Of a DNA stretch of 64,000 bases, positions 9,117-19,200 are shown one piece after another. The notes under the pieces were generated by a model. That model was not told the origin of the DNA, made no database searches, and worked only from the letters and a program-made list of their open reading frames with translations. The DNA is from a virus. The translations under genes were made by a program, and so were the position numbers. Location of the stretch: positions 10,805-74,804 of the IMG/VR virus record IMGVR_UViG_3300031772_000016; one strand, written 5' to 3'. Each line of letters opens with the position of its first letter. Position 1 is the first letter of the stretch.

Positions 9117-9173
9117 ATGTGGAGCGCGTTTTGTGGGGGAGATGGGAAAGTGAGTGTGATGAGATTGACATAA
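9117..9173 (+). pseudogene. Orphaned 5' end of the holin-like gene
   Basis: MWSAFCGGDGKVSVMRLT* aligns without gaps to MLDFLRGDGDKISSMRLY (from GTG 10199). Both are preceded by AAGGGGGnnTTT. Confidence 0.7.
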
Positions 9174-9202
9174 CATTTGTTAGATAGTGTGTTGTAATAA
9201 AA

Positions 9203-9288
9203 AGGCTGGATAGGGTTCGCGACCCGAAAAGTGCTTTCCGAGCACCTTCCAGCTTATATATTCGGAAAATTAACTACGGAGGTTAATC
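9203..9288 (+). ncRNA. Structured cis-regulatory RNA leader of the HNH gene
   Basis: P1 AGGCTGGA/TCCAGCTT encloses hairpins GGGT-TCGCG-ACCC and GTGCT-TTCCG-AGCAC. TTCCGA can pair with TCGGAA (9262). Hairpin ATTAAC...GTTAAT covers the GGAGG RBS. Confidence 0.6.
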
Positions 9289-10215
9289 ATGTCAAGTAAT
9301 GAGGATTTGTCAGGAAAAGTTTTTGGTGATATGACTGTTATTGGGTATGTTGGAAAAGATAAGAACCAAGCTAGGGTGTGGAAGTGTAAATGCTCTTGTG
9401 GTAAATTTTTTGAAGCTATAACGAGCAAAATAAAGAGAGGGATTGTAAAAGGGTGTGGGTGTCATACAGGGAGCCCCGCTGATCTTGTTGGAAAAAGATT
9501 TGGAAAACAGCTTGTTATAAGCTTGAGTCCTAGGAAAAATCATAAAGTTATATTGTGGGAGTGCTTGTGCGATTGTGGTAAAAAAACATACAGAACAACA
9601 GGTAAACTTCTTTCCGGTGCTACTATTTCTTGTGGGTGTTCAAGAGAAGGCCCTAGGCAGGATCTTACAGGAAGAGTTTTTGGTAGATTAACAGTGGTTT
9701 CTTTAAAAGGCAAAAACAAGCAAGGTAATTATGTGTGGCAGTGCGTATGCTCTTGCGGAAATACTCATGTGGTAAGCGCTTGCCAATTACTTGCAAAAAA
9801 CAGAGCAACAAAGTCGTGCGGGTGTTATTATAGAGATTCCAGAACTAGATTACGGCTCCCTCCTGGAGAGTCTTCTTTTAACTCTATATACATAATATAC
9901 AGATCTCACGCTTTTAAAAGTGGTAGGGTGTTTTCTTTGACTAAGGATTTTTTTAGGGATATCACAAAAAAATCTTGTTTTTACTGTGGCTCAGAGCCTG
10001 CTCAAAGCAGAAAGATGAAAAAGACTAGCATACCTTATGTTTATAACGGACTCGATAGAGTGGATAACACTAAAGGATACTCTATCGATAATGTAGTGCC
10101 TTGTTGTAAAACGTGCAATTTTATGAAAAAGAATTTGCCAAAAGCTGATTTTATAGAGCATGTTCACAAAATATCAAATCATTTAAAAGGGGGTGTTTGT
10201 GCTAGATTTTCTTAG
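9289..10215 (+). CDS. Free-standing HNH homing endonuclease
   Basis: Three DLxGxxFG...WxCxCxCG...CGC repeats; C-terminal CFYCG...GLDRVDNTKGY...NVVPCCKTCN. Confidence 0.88.
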   Translation: MSSNEDLSGKVFGDMTVIGYVGKDKNQARVWKCKCSCGKFFEAITSKIKRGIVKGCGCHTGSPADLVGKRFGKQLVISLSPRKNHKVILWECLCDCGKKTYRTTGKLLSGATISCGCSREGPRQDLTGRVFGRLTVVSLKGKNKQGNYVWQCVCSCGNTHVVSACQLLAKNRATKSCGCYYRDSRTRLRLPPGESSFNSIYIIYRSHAFKSGRVFSLTKDFFRDITKKSCFYCGSEPAQSRKMKKTSIPYVYNGLDRVDNTKGYSIDNVVPCCKTCNFMKKNLPKADFIEHVHKISNHLKGGVCARFS

Positions 10216-10471
10216 AGGTGACGGGGATAAGATAAGTTCTATGCGATTATATAGTTTTATCATAATTGTTTCTGTTATGTCAGTTTTTGTGGCGCATAAT
10301 GTGGTTGCTATGGTAAATGGTTCTGGTTTTGTGTCTATGGGTATGACAGAGACTGGGTTGATTATCACAGCCGTTTTAGGTAAAACGGTACAGTATTTTG
10401 GAGAAGTTAGGGCAAAAAATACAGAAGAACCCCTTACCACAGATGCCGTCCCCACAGACAAGAAAGAATAA
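10199..10471 (+). CDS. Small two-TM membrane protein, holin-like
   Basis: Two hydrophobic segments and a charged C-terminus; GTG start after AAGGGGG. Confidence 0.5.
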   Translation: MLDFLRGDGDKISSMRLYSFIIIVSVMSVFVAHNVVAMVNGSGFVSMGMTETGLIITAVLGKTVQYFGEVRAKNTEEPLTTDAVPTDKKE

Positions 10472-10476
10472 CCCAC

Positions 10477-10695
10477 ATGCCAGATCCAAAAGATTACAAG
10501 AAATCCGAAAAAGCAAAGTACATGGATGATTGTATGCACACGACCGTGAAGGTCGAGAAGAAGACTCGAGATCATGGTGTAGCACAGTGTTTGGCGGTTT
10601 GGCGGGAGCACCACGAAGATAAGCCCAAACGTAAGAAGTCCGGGACTCACATTATTCTGAAGATTTTAGCACAGAGGTTGGCACAGTATGCGTGA
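10477..10695 (+). CDS. Hypothetical protein
   Basis: 72 aa; overlaps the start of the next gene. Confidence 0.65.
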   Translation: MPDPKDYKKSEKAKYMDDCMHTTVKVEKKTRDHGVAQCLAVWREHHEDKPKRKKSGTHIILKILAQRLAQYA

Positions 10696-11917
10696 TACAG
10701 TGTCCTCGAAAATAGAGAAAATAGTCCAGGAAGCCAGAGACTCTGACAAGGTCAAAGTCTTTTTGGGAGGGTCTTGTAAGGATAACTCCTGGCGTGAGAG
10801 TGTTCAGAAGGAGTTTGGGGACTATTTCTTTTTCATCGACCCTTTCGATGAGGATTGGGATCCTGAGGACAATATCTATGACGAGCTCGCGGGTATGGTG
10901 AACGCTGACTATATCGTGTTCTACAGGGGTGGGGATTTATCAGAGCGTGAGAAGGATTTCCTGGATAATATAGGGCGTAGGGGTGAGTTGGTGAAGGAGT
11001 TTGAGGATATGGGTAAACTCAAGGCATTCCTGAAGGATATCAAGAGTAAGAAGGTGCGGCTGGCGAGTGTGTCCTCTGTACTCCGTAGGTGTGCTGGGGA
11101 TTTGTGTAAGGACGCATTCCCGTACACGCATAATCAGGGTGATTTGTTTTTGGAGAAGTTAGATCCTGCCGATAAAGCGAACGTAGTAAAAGACCTAGAG
11201 CGTGGTGTGAGTATAATTATCCCAGAGGGATTACCGGTAAAGCCAGGGAAAAAGACTGTGGGAGAGGTCGTAAATAAGTATGATTTTGATAAGGAGGAGT
11301 ATGAGTCTTTTGTACGGCCCGCTCTATATAAGACTTTTCCTGTACTCGAACCTACTCTCGGGTATGACCAAATAAAACACACCTATATGCAAAAGAATGC
11401 CAAAGTAGGTGTCATCCACAGCAAAGCGTCTACCCAGGTAGATCTCCCAGAGCAGCTCGCCCTGGAGGTCATGGCATGGGGTAAGACGAATATACCCGAT
11501 AAGGATCTATACACAAAGGACGACAAAGGTCGTGAGGACGAGATTCACGTTACTTTGTTCTATGGTATCACAGAGGATGCCGAGGATAAACTACGTGAGC
11601 TGCTATCTGGGGTGAAACCGTTTGAGTGTCGTCTGGGGCTTGTCACTACGTTCAAGGATAAGAAAGAGTGTGACGTCATCAAGATAGACGTAGAGTCTTC
11701 GGAGATGGTGAAACTCCATTATTTGATCCGTGAGAGTGTAAAGAACAAGAATGAATATCCTACATACGCCTCCCATATCACGGTGGCGTACGTGAAAAAA
11801 GGTAAAGCAGATAGAGTACTGGGTGATGATAGGTTCCGGGGAGCGACATTCAAGGTCACTGAGATAGTTTACTCGACGAAAGATCACAATAAAATAAAGA
11901 TCCCACTCGGGTCATAA
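10688..11917 (+). CDS. Nucleoside 2-deoxyribosyltransferase-like domain fused to a 2H phosphoesterase (Acb1/T4 gp57B-like)
   Basis: N-terminal KVFLGGS...WRE...FIDPF...ADYIVFY; C-terminal paired HxT motifs HVTLFYG and HITVAY. Confidence 0.7.
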   Translation: MRDTVSSKIEKIVQEARDSDKVKVFLGGSCKDNSWRESVQKEFGDYFFFIDPFDEDWDPEDNIYDELAGMVNADYIVFYRGGDLSEREKDFLDNIGRRGELVKEFEDMGKLKAFLKDIKSKKVRLASVSSVLRRCAGDLCKDAFPYTHNQGDLFLEKLDPADKANVVKDLERGVSIIIPEGLPVKPGKKTVGEVVNKYDFDKEEYESFVRPALYKTFPVLEPTLGYDQIKHTYMQKNAKVGVIHSKASTQVDLPEQLALEVMAWGKTNIPDKDLYTKDDKGREDEIHVTLFYGITEDAEDKLRELLSGVKPFECRLGLVTTFKDKKECDVIKIDVESSEMVKLHYLIRESVKNKNEYPTYASHITVAYVKKGKADRVLGDDRFRGATFKVTEIVYSTKDHNKIKIPLGS

Positions 11918-11953
11918 AATTTCAGATAACAACCACATTCAAAGGAGTCGGGT

Positions 11954-13120
11954 ATGGCAGACAGTCAGAAGTACGTAGCGGTCGCTAATTTCAGTTTGAA
12001 TCTGGACAATGGCACGAAGCAGATTGATGTGAAAAAGGGCGATGAGATGATGTTTGACGGTCTCTATGTCGAGTGTCGAGGTGAGAAGGGTGCTGCCCGG
12101 TCCTTGGCTAAAGTCGTGGGAGATTGGATCAAGCCGACCAACGGTACAGTACCTGCAGTCGCGCCCGTGCCTGCTATGACTCCATCAAAGACACGTAATG
12201 CTACAGGAGGTAGGATCCTGGAGTCCAGTGAGGTCAGTCAGGATTTGGATACGCTGCAGCAGCAGAAATATGAGACCAGTGAGCAGATGCAACAGAGCTC
12301 TAACGCTGAGCTGAGGAAACTCGTGGATCAATATGAAAATACTCCGCCTCCTACGCATATCACGAGCCGTACGACGGATGATATGGCTGACATGCGTAAA
12401 GAGGCCCGGGTACAGGTAGACAATTACGATGAGCAGGAAGTGGCGAAGGTATCTGCGGCTGCTAAGAACGGGTCAGAGAAGGCTAACTCTGAGGTCACGG
12501 TAGATAAGCAGGAAAAGAAAAAGGCTACTGTGGTATCGCATGAGGAGAAAGTGGTAAAGAAGACTAATTACTCTAAGAGAGCTGAAGAGACACCCCAGCG
12601 TAAGCCTCTCAAGGTAGACAAGGACGGGTCGGGTGTAGAGGTGCGTAAAGTGAAGTCTGCTGCTACACACAATAACGATGTGAAGTCATCTACCGCGGAA
12701 TCTCGTAGGGAAGTGGTGTCTGAGCAGGATGCTGTGATAGAGACAAACTACGGTGCTGGAAAGAGGACTGTAGTGAGTTCTTCTACGCAGACTCAGTTGG
12801 AGTCTGACATCATTATGAAGACGGCAGTAGATAAGCCTCGGCGTGAGGTCATCGCTGAAGCTTCTCAAGAGGGTGTAGTAGTACGAAAAGTTTCCAAGAT
12901 CCCCGAGGAGGATCTCAGGACTCAGGATGGTATCACGTCACGGGTGACAGTGAGCAGTGGTGGAGAAGAGAGTGACGGTGAGGTGACTTTCTCCTCGAAT
13001 TCGGATATAGTGGAAGGTGAGGCTACGTTCTCGAGCTCTGAGGATACTGTAGCAGATCTCGGGGGCGGTGCTTACGACGATGGTGATATCGATGTGAATG
13101 ACATTTTAGACGGGAAATAA
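11954..13120 (+). CDS. Hypothetical low-complexity protein
   Basis: AGGAG RBS; 388 aa; acidic C-terminus. Confidence 0.75.
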   Translation: MADSQKYVAVANFSLNLDNGTKQIDVKKGDEMMFDGLYVECRGEKGAARSLAKVVGDWIKPTNGTVPAVAPVPAMTPSKTRNATGGRILESSEVSQDLDTLQQQKYETSEQMQQSSNAELRKLVDQYENTPPPTHITSRTTDDMADMRKEARVQVDNYDEQEVAKVSAAAKNGSEKANSEVTVDKQEKKKATVVSHEEKVVKKTNYSKRAEETPQRKPLKVDKDGSGVEVRKVKSAATHNNDVKSSTAESRREVVSEQDAVIETNYGAGKRTVVSSSTQTQLESDIIMKTAVDKPRREVIAEASQEGVVVRKVSKIPEEDLRTQDGITSRVTVSSGGEESDGEVTFSSNSDIVEGEATFSSSEDTVADLGGGAYDDGDIDVNDILDGK

Positions 13121-13124
13121 AGTC

Positions 13125-14858
13125 GTGGATTGTTTGATACGAAAGATACTGGCTCGATACAGGGCTGATAAAGACGAGCACTCGCCTGAAGAGACTCAGT
13201 CCTGGATGGATTATATGCAGTCTCAGAGTGACGGTCTGCCGCTACCTGAGACTGCTAAAGATCTCATAGAGCACAGTGAGGGTACTGGTCAGGAGCAGGT
13301 GTCCTACAATCCGTATGACTACACAGATCCGTCTGATAAGCCTAAAGAGACCAATGGTCCGCCTTTCGTCAGTGAGATACCCCCAGAGACAGATATAGCG
13401 GTATTCCAGCACCCGGTACTGTTTAAAGAGGATGGGGATTTAGAGGAGTGGAACAAGGATCAGCAGGACTACACGGAGGATGAGCAGGAGCAGTTCCCGG
13501 CACTGAGTGTTACACGGAAATACGCTACGGTACAGGGAGTCATAGCTCAGTATCTGATGGACAGTATGCCGATAGTGGTGTCTGAGGATGAGTTCGACAG
13601 TTTGTTCAGGACTACTAAGCTCGCGGCGTCTTTGGATGATGTAGTCGACAAAGACTATCATTATCTCAACAGCAAGAAGATGACTCGGTCTGATTCAGTG
13701 AGTGCTGTGTGGATCAACAAGGGTAACGCCAAACACAGGGAAAAAGGTTTTTTCCAGTTTAGGGTGAGCAGTCCTGGGTCAAAGACGGGTCCTCATACTG
13801 TGTACCTGCAGTTTCTGCGTGGTGAGGAAGAGAAGCAGTATCCCTCATACGCGGAGTATCCTGTGCAGTTAGCGTGTACGTGCGCCTCGTTTTTGTTTCA
13901 TGGGGCACAGTATTATGCGGTGCATGATGGGTATATGTACATGCCTGCGTTTAGGACTGACCTGGTAGCTCCTAAACCTCAGAACATGTATGTATTGAAC
14001 AAGAGTGAGGCTTATCCGAATGGTAGGCGTACTCCTGGTCGTGGCCTGAATTTCAGGGTGTGCAAACATCTTCTGAAGGTGTATGAGTTATTGGGTAGGA
14101 TGAAGATAGAAGCTGTATACAGGAAGTATCCGGTCACCGCTCCCCCCTCTAAGCTAATGAATAAAGATGTGTGGAAAGAGATGATGAAGTTTGAGTTCAC
14201 TGAGGCTAACATAAAGCAGAAGCTCAAAGCCAGGGAAATACCCATACCAACGTACTACACTCGGGAGAGGTTTACCCCGAGTGTACAGGACTGGTTTTAT
14301 CAGGTGTGGATGCCGCGTAATGATGATCAGAAGATAAAAGCATTGCATGACCTGGTAGAGTATCCTGAGCGTATATATTTCCTCTTGCTTAAAGAGGCGA
14401 AGATGAAGAGAGAGCGTGGTGAGACTATATCGGATAGGCTCATACACGAGGGGTATGCGTTGATGAATCAGCGTGTGCAGGAGGAGAACGATTTACCGCC
14501 TGAGCAGATAGTGGCACCAGATGTCCCTGCAGAGCAGTTACAGCCTGGTCATATCAGTCCCCCTGGTGAGCAGTCTACAAAGACTGTGGAAGAGTTTATC
14601 AAGGAGCCGGAGCCTGTGGAGGACTCCACAAAGCCTGTCCCATCTGAGCTGGCACCATCTATGATCAAAGAACGTCCTACGCCTGAAGATAAGAGAAAGC
14701 AGCGTGAGGAGAAGCGTAAGGAAGAGCAGAAGGCTTTGCGTGAGAGAGGGCTTTCTGAGCAGGCTAGAAGGGCTCTAAAGAGATTCCAGGATGAGACTCA
14801 GGAGCCTCGTAAGGAGAAACTGCGTCAGCTCGGTAAACGTCCATTTTATGAGGAGTGA
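13125..14858 (+). CDS. SWIM zinc-finger-containing protein
   Basis: ACTCASF...VCKHL (CxC...CxH). Confidence 0.6.
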   Translation: MDCLIRKILARYRADKDEHSPEETQSWMDYMQSQSDGLPLPETAKDLIEHSEGTGQEQVSYNPYDYTDPSDKPKETNGPPFVSEIPPETDIAVFQHPVLFKEDGDLEEWNKDQQDYTEDEQEQFPALSVTRKYATVQGVIAQYLMDSMPIVVSEDEFDSLFRTTKLAASLDDVVDKDYHYLNSKKMTRSDSVSAVWINKGNAKHREKGFFQFRVSSPGSKTGPHTVYLQFLRGEEEKQYPSYAEYPVQLACTCASFLFHGAQYYAVHDGYMYMPAFRTDLVAPKPQNMYVLNKSEAYPNGRRTPGRGLNFRVCKHLLKVYELLGRMKIEAVYRKYPVTAPPSKLMNKDVWKEMMKFEFTEANIKQKLKAREIPIPTYYTRERFTPSVQDWFYQVWMPRNDDQKIKALHDLVEYPERIYFLLLKEAKMKRERGETISDRLIHEGYALMNQRVQEENDLPPEQIVAPDVPAEQLQPGHISPPGEQSTKTVEEFIKEPEPVEDSTKPVPSELAPSMIKERPTPEDKRKQREEKRKEEQKALRERGLSEQARRALKRFQDETQEPRKEKLRQLGKRPFYEE

Positions 14859-14862
14859 TGGG

Positions 14863-15153
14863 ATGACATCATATCAGATTGAATATCCTATATCAGATCT
14901 TAAAAAAGCTGTGCAGGCAGGGTTTGCGTACATGGAGTCCATGGACAACATCGTGGGCACTATCTACGCCTCCCCGGCTGTGGTAAAACAGCTTGTGTTG
15001 AGTATGCCGGACGACATCCATTTTGACTATATCCCAGAGGGTATAGGCATGCTGCGCACAGCATACCTGAAGTTCATGCCTTCTGTGAAAGAGAATGAGA
15101 TCCGGTTTTTCAATCAGGATAAAACAGTAGAGCTACGATTATATCTTAAATAA
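14863..15153 (+). CDS. Hypothetical protein
   Basis: GAGGAG RBS before ATG 14863, in frame with track ORF 14791. Confidence 0.65.
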   Translation: MTSYQIEYPISDLKKAVQAGFAYMESMDNIVGTIYASPAVVKQLVLSMPDDIHFDYIPEGIGMLRTAYLKFMPSVKENEIRFFNQDKTVELRLYLK

Positions 15154-15176
15154 CATTTTGTCAAGGAGAGTGTCCT

Positions 15177-15629
15177 TTGCCCACTTACGAGTACGCCTGT
15201 AGCGAGTGCGAGACTGTAGTAGAGATTGTCCATTCTATCAAAGAGGATCCTGTAATGGTGTGCGAGATATGTAAGCGTGAGGGTAAGCTCCACCCTATGG
15301 AGCGTCAGATCTCCAACAACATAGGAGGGTTCATCATTAAAGGGTGGACTGAGGCTATGGCATGGAAGACGAAACGAGATAAGATGAAGACGGGTGCTGA
15401 GCTCGGGGTTAAGCAGATAGAGCGGTACTCCAACAGTGCTCGATTGCAGCCTAATGTGGCTGGTATGGAGGTGGAGTCCTGGAGTGATGCTCAGAAGGTA
15501 GCGAAAGAGGCTGGGTTGAGGCCTGAGACGTACGAGCCTATCATAGAGAAAGAAAAAAAGATCAGCAAGATCTCTGGAGTAGACGATACCAAGTGGAAAG
15601 CCGCTAAGGCGGAGGCTGGTAAGATCTAA
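15177..15629 (+). CDS. FmdB-like zinc-ribbon protein
   Basis: MPTYEYACSEC...CEIC; AAGGAG RBS; TTG start. Confidence 0.75.
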   Translation: MPTYEYACSECETVVEIVHSIKEDPVMVCEICKREGKLHPMERQISNNIGGFIIKGWTEAMAWKTKRDKMKTGAELGVKQIERYSNSARLQPNVAGMEVESWSDAQKVAKEAGLRPETYEPIIEKEKKISKISGVDDTKWKAAKAEAGKI

Positions 15630-15656
15630 AAAAGTATATAGTCTGGTGTGCGAGAG

Positions 15657-15687
15657 AGCCTCGGATTTAACGATCCGGGGCTTTTTT
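15657..15687 (+). terminator. Intrinsic terminator
   Basis: AGCCTCGGAT...ATCCGGGGCT followed by a T-tract. Confidence 0.8.
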
Positions 15688-15689
15688 AG

Positions 15690-15705
15690 TAATAGTCTAT
15701 TAATA
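15690..15705 (+). promoter_or_regulatory. Putative late-promoter motif
   Basis: TAATAGTCTATTAATA directly after a terminator. Confidence 0.65.
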
Positions 15706-15761
15706 TTTCATCTGTATGTGATACACACGGTTGTTTCAAAGCCTACAACGAGGAGTGCCGT

Positions 15762-16091
15762 ATGCGTAAGAAGATCAGCAAACGTGCTAAAGAGAGCCCT
15801 GTAATCAATCTTGTGTGGGCGGAAGAGCTTAATGATGCTGAGTTGAAAGCCCTCCGAAAGATGGTGGAAAAAGCTATAAAAGATCCTGATAGTCCTATTG
15901 TATCTAATTATGAAATACATTGGGATAGGATCCGTATAGATAAAAAAGCAGTAGCCAGGGTAGTGTGGTCGAATGTGCTCAGTGATAAAGATGTCGATAG
16001 TCTATCGAATGAAGTAGAGAAAGCGTTGAAAGACCCCAACTATGTCATCGTAGTAAATTACCCGGTGTATTGGATTGAAATCTCCAAATAG
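15762..16091 (+). CDS. Small protein of two tandem ~48-aa repeats
   Basis: LVWAEELND...VEKAIKDPD.PIVSNYEIHW versus VVWSNVLSD...VEKALKDPN.VIVVNYPVYW. Confidence 0.75.
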   Translation: MRKKISKRAKESPVINLVWAEELNDAELKALRKMVEKAIKDPDSPIVSNYEIHWDRIRIDKKAVARVVWSNVLSDKDVDSLSNEVEKALKDPNYVIVVNYPVYWIEISK

Positions 16092-16106
16092 ATAGGAAAT
16101 GATAAT

Positions 16107-16283
16107 ATGGAACGAGTAAATTTCCACCTCACAGACGGAGAGCGTAAAGGTCTGGAGATGCTCTCAGAGATCACTGGGGTGAAGAAAGCGGAGCTGATCC
16201 GTAGGGCTATCGATGAGTATATCAAGAGGAAGAAGTGGGAAGGTGTCACGGGACTCTCAGAACTGAAGGAGATATTCGCATGA
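16107..16283 (+). CDS. Ribbon-helix-helix (CopG-like) protein, 58 aa (not in ORF track)
   Basis: MERVNFHLTDGERKGLEMLSEITGVKKAELIRRAIDEYIKRKK...; stop overlaps the next ATG (ATGA). Confidence 0.75.
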   Translation: MERVNFHLTDGERKGLEMLSEITGVKKAELIRRAIDEYIKRKKWEGVTGLSELKEIFA

Positions 16284-19200
16284 GCAAGAAGTTTTTGGGC
16301 CTGAATATCATCGTAGGTAAGGGTGAGGAGAAAGAGCTGGAACGCTGTTTAAAGAGCTGTACTCAGGGAGAGCTCTTCGATGAGATGGTAGTGACCCAGA
16401 CATTTGAGGATGAAAACGTACGTGCAGTCATAGAGAAGTACGGGGCTCGACGGGAGTTCTTTGCTTGGGTGAAGGATTTCAGCCTTGCCCGTAACAAATC
16501 TTTCAGCCATAGTACCTCTGAGATGATAATTTGGCTGGACAGTGATGACGTGATCAAACCAGACGATTTCAAGAAGCTCCAGGAGCTGAAACCGAAGATC
16601 AAAGATTTTGACATCGTACTCATCGACTATGTATACAATCACGATGAGAGAGATAATGCTACTTTGGTGCTCCCCAGAGAGCGTATCGTAAGAAACTGTG
16701 ATTACATCAAGTGGCATGATCCCATCCATGAGTATCTGAACATGGATGTCCCTCCGAACAAGATCCTCAAGACAAAAATTAAAATCGATCATTACCGGGT
16801 AAAAAATTATGATCCTAGTAGAAACCTGGACGCTCTGAGACTGGCGTATGGAGAGGGAAAATGCTCCCCTCGCCTGAAATTCTATTTCGGAAAAGAGCTC
16901 TCGGACTGTGGGTACTGGGAAGAGGCTATCAAAGTCCTCGAACCCTACATAGAGGAGGGTGTGGATTTCCGGGATAACATGACTGTAGCGTGTATCCGAT
17001 TGAGCAAGTACTACTACGAAAACAAGAACTACGCAGCGGCAAAAACATATGCTATGAAGGGCATCCGGTTCAATAGCATATACGCTGAAAACTACGTGAC
17101 TGTAGCTACCATATTCGAGATAGAGAATGACCTCGACTCTGCTGCGAGCTATTACAAGGAAGCTCTCACGAAGAAACTCGACGCGGGTATGTCACAGATC
17201 GTGGATTTTTATGGGTTCATACCAGCAGCGAAGTTGGCTATCCTGTATTTCGCTAAGAAGGAGTATGAGGAGTGCCTGAAGTATTGCGACATAGCTCTGC
17301 AGCATAAGTCAGATAACGTCCAGATAGCAGAGCTGAAGAAGACTGTGAGTATCGAAACAGAGCGCATGAAGAAGGGTAGTACGATACGTGAGGAAGATGA
17401 GGCCAGATTGCGTAAGATGCTCGAGGAGCTCGATTTCAAGATAGACATACAGAAGAATAACCATGAGTATGCTGAGATCAGACTGTCTCGTATCAGAAAG
17501 CTCGAGGTAGTGTGGTTGGTGCCTACACTGGACCTCGACAACCCATCTATCCGTATCCGTAGGTATAACGTATCGAAGAAGATGGAGGAGCTCAAGGTAC
17601 CCAGCAGGATCATCACAAATTACTATGGTAGGAACGTATTTGACCTCAGAAATGAGATAGGTCCTGCTACTGTGGTAGTGTTCACGCAGTACAGCAGTTT
17701 TGACCTGGAACTCATGCGTCACCTCAAGCCTCTGGGTATCAAGACGGTGTTTGATCACTGTGAGGCTATATTCGGGTACCCGTTTGAGCATGAGTGTATG
17801 ATAGAGGCAGACCTGGTGGCGTGTTGCTCTACAAAGCTGGAGGAGCTGACCAATAAAAATGGTGTAGCTCGTACCGCGGTGTTGAAAGATGCGGTGGAAG
17901 AGCGTGTACCGTCTACAGAGAGAGTGTATACGGATAGGTATCTTAAACCTAAAGCTGGTTATTTTGGCATGGGAGGCAATAGCTTCCTTATTTCTGAGTG
18001 GTTGAAAGATACCATAGAATCTGCTGGGTATGATGTTGTTTTGAGCACTGAATGGAGTAGTGCCACCCATAAATGGTCCATAGATACGTGGCCTGACGTG
18101 ATGAATGAGTGTGATGTCATACTATGCCCTCAGCGAGTAGACGTGCAGCCTGCTAAGAGTAGCGTGAAAGCGACCACAGCGATGGCGTTAGGGATGCCTG
18201 TCCTCGCATCTCCCCTACAGGCCTACAAAGAGGTTATACAGCCTGGTGTGAATGGGTACATCTGTGACACCAAGGATGATTGGTATTCGGCTCTGGTGCA
18301 ATTGAAAGACTCCAATCTGAGGAAATCGGTAGGTACCGCGGCTAAAAAGGCTGTGGATGGATACTCACTGGAGAATATCACTAAAGGGTGGATAGAGACT
18401 CTGGGTCATCTCATCAATGAGAGATTGAAATTCCCGGAGCCAGAGGTAGTGGAAAAGGTGGCTGAGCGTAACATCGTAGATATCATCATCGCCAACTACG
18501 GTAATGTAGAGTATCTGAAGATGTGCATGAGCTCTATTTTCATGAATACGCTGTATCCGTATCACGTCATCATATCTGACGCGGGTAGTGATGAGAAGAC
18601 GTGGGAGTATCTGAAAACACTCAAAGGGGTGACGATACTCGGTGAGCCTGGTAAGAGAGTGTCTTTTTCGGAAGCGTGTAATGCAGGTATACAGGCGTCC
18701 AGGACAAAGTTCTTTGTTATCCTGAACTCTGACGTGATAGTATCCAAGTGCTGGCTCACGAGTCTCGTGGACAAGATGGAGCATACGGATAGGCTCGCAG
18801 CGTGTGGAGTGCTGAGTAATTGTGATCGCGGCTGGCTTTTTAGTGCACCTGGTAAACCAGAGTACCCTATGCGTTTAGAGAAGTCTGGGGTAGATCTCGT
18901 ACCTGGTATGAAGATAGGTACTATACAGCCTCATGTGGAAGAGCTGTATGATTTCATGAAGAAATCTAATGAGACCTACAAAGGTAAGTACATCAAGCAG
19001 GATTGGGTGGCGGCGTATGCTACTATATTCGCTCGATGCGCGATCGATGAAGTGGGGTTATTCGATACCCAGTACAAAAATGGGTGTGAGGACTGGGATC
19101 TCTGCCAGCGTATCTCTCGATATGGGTACGCGATAGGACAGGCTATAGATTCGTTTGTGTATCATTTTGGCGGGGTGACTAGAGGTAGCTATGAGGAAGA

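Noticed and set aside
9165-9195. Sigma70 promoter at the perfect TTGACA before the HNH leader
   Set aside because: No acceptable -10 hexamer at 16-18 bp spacing.
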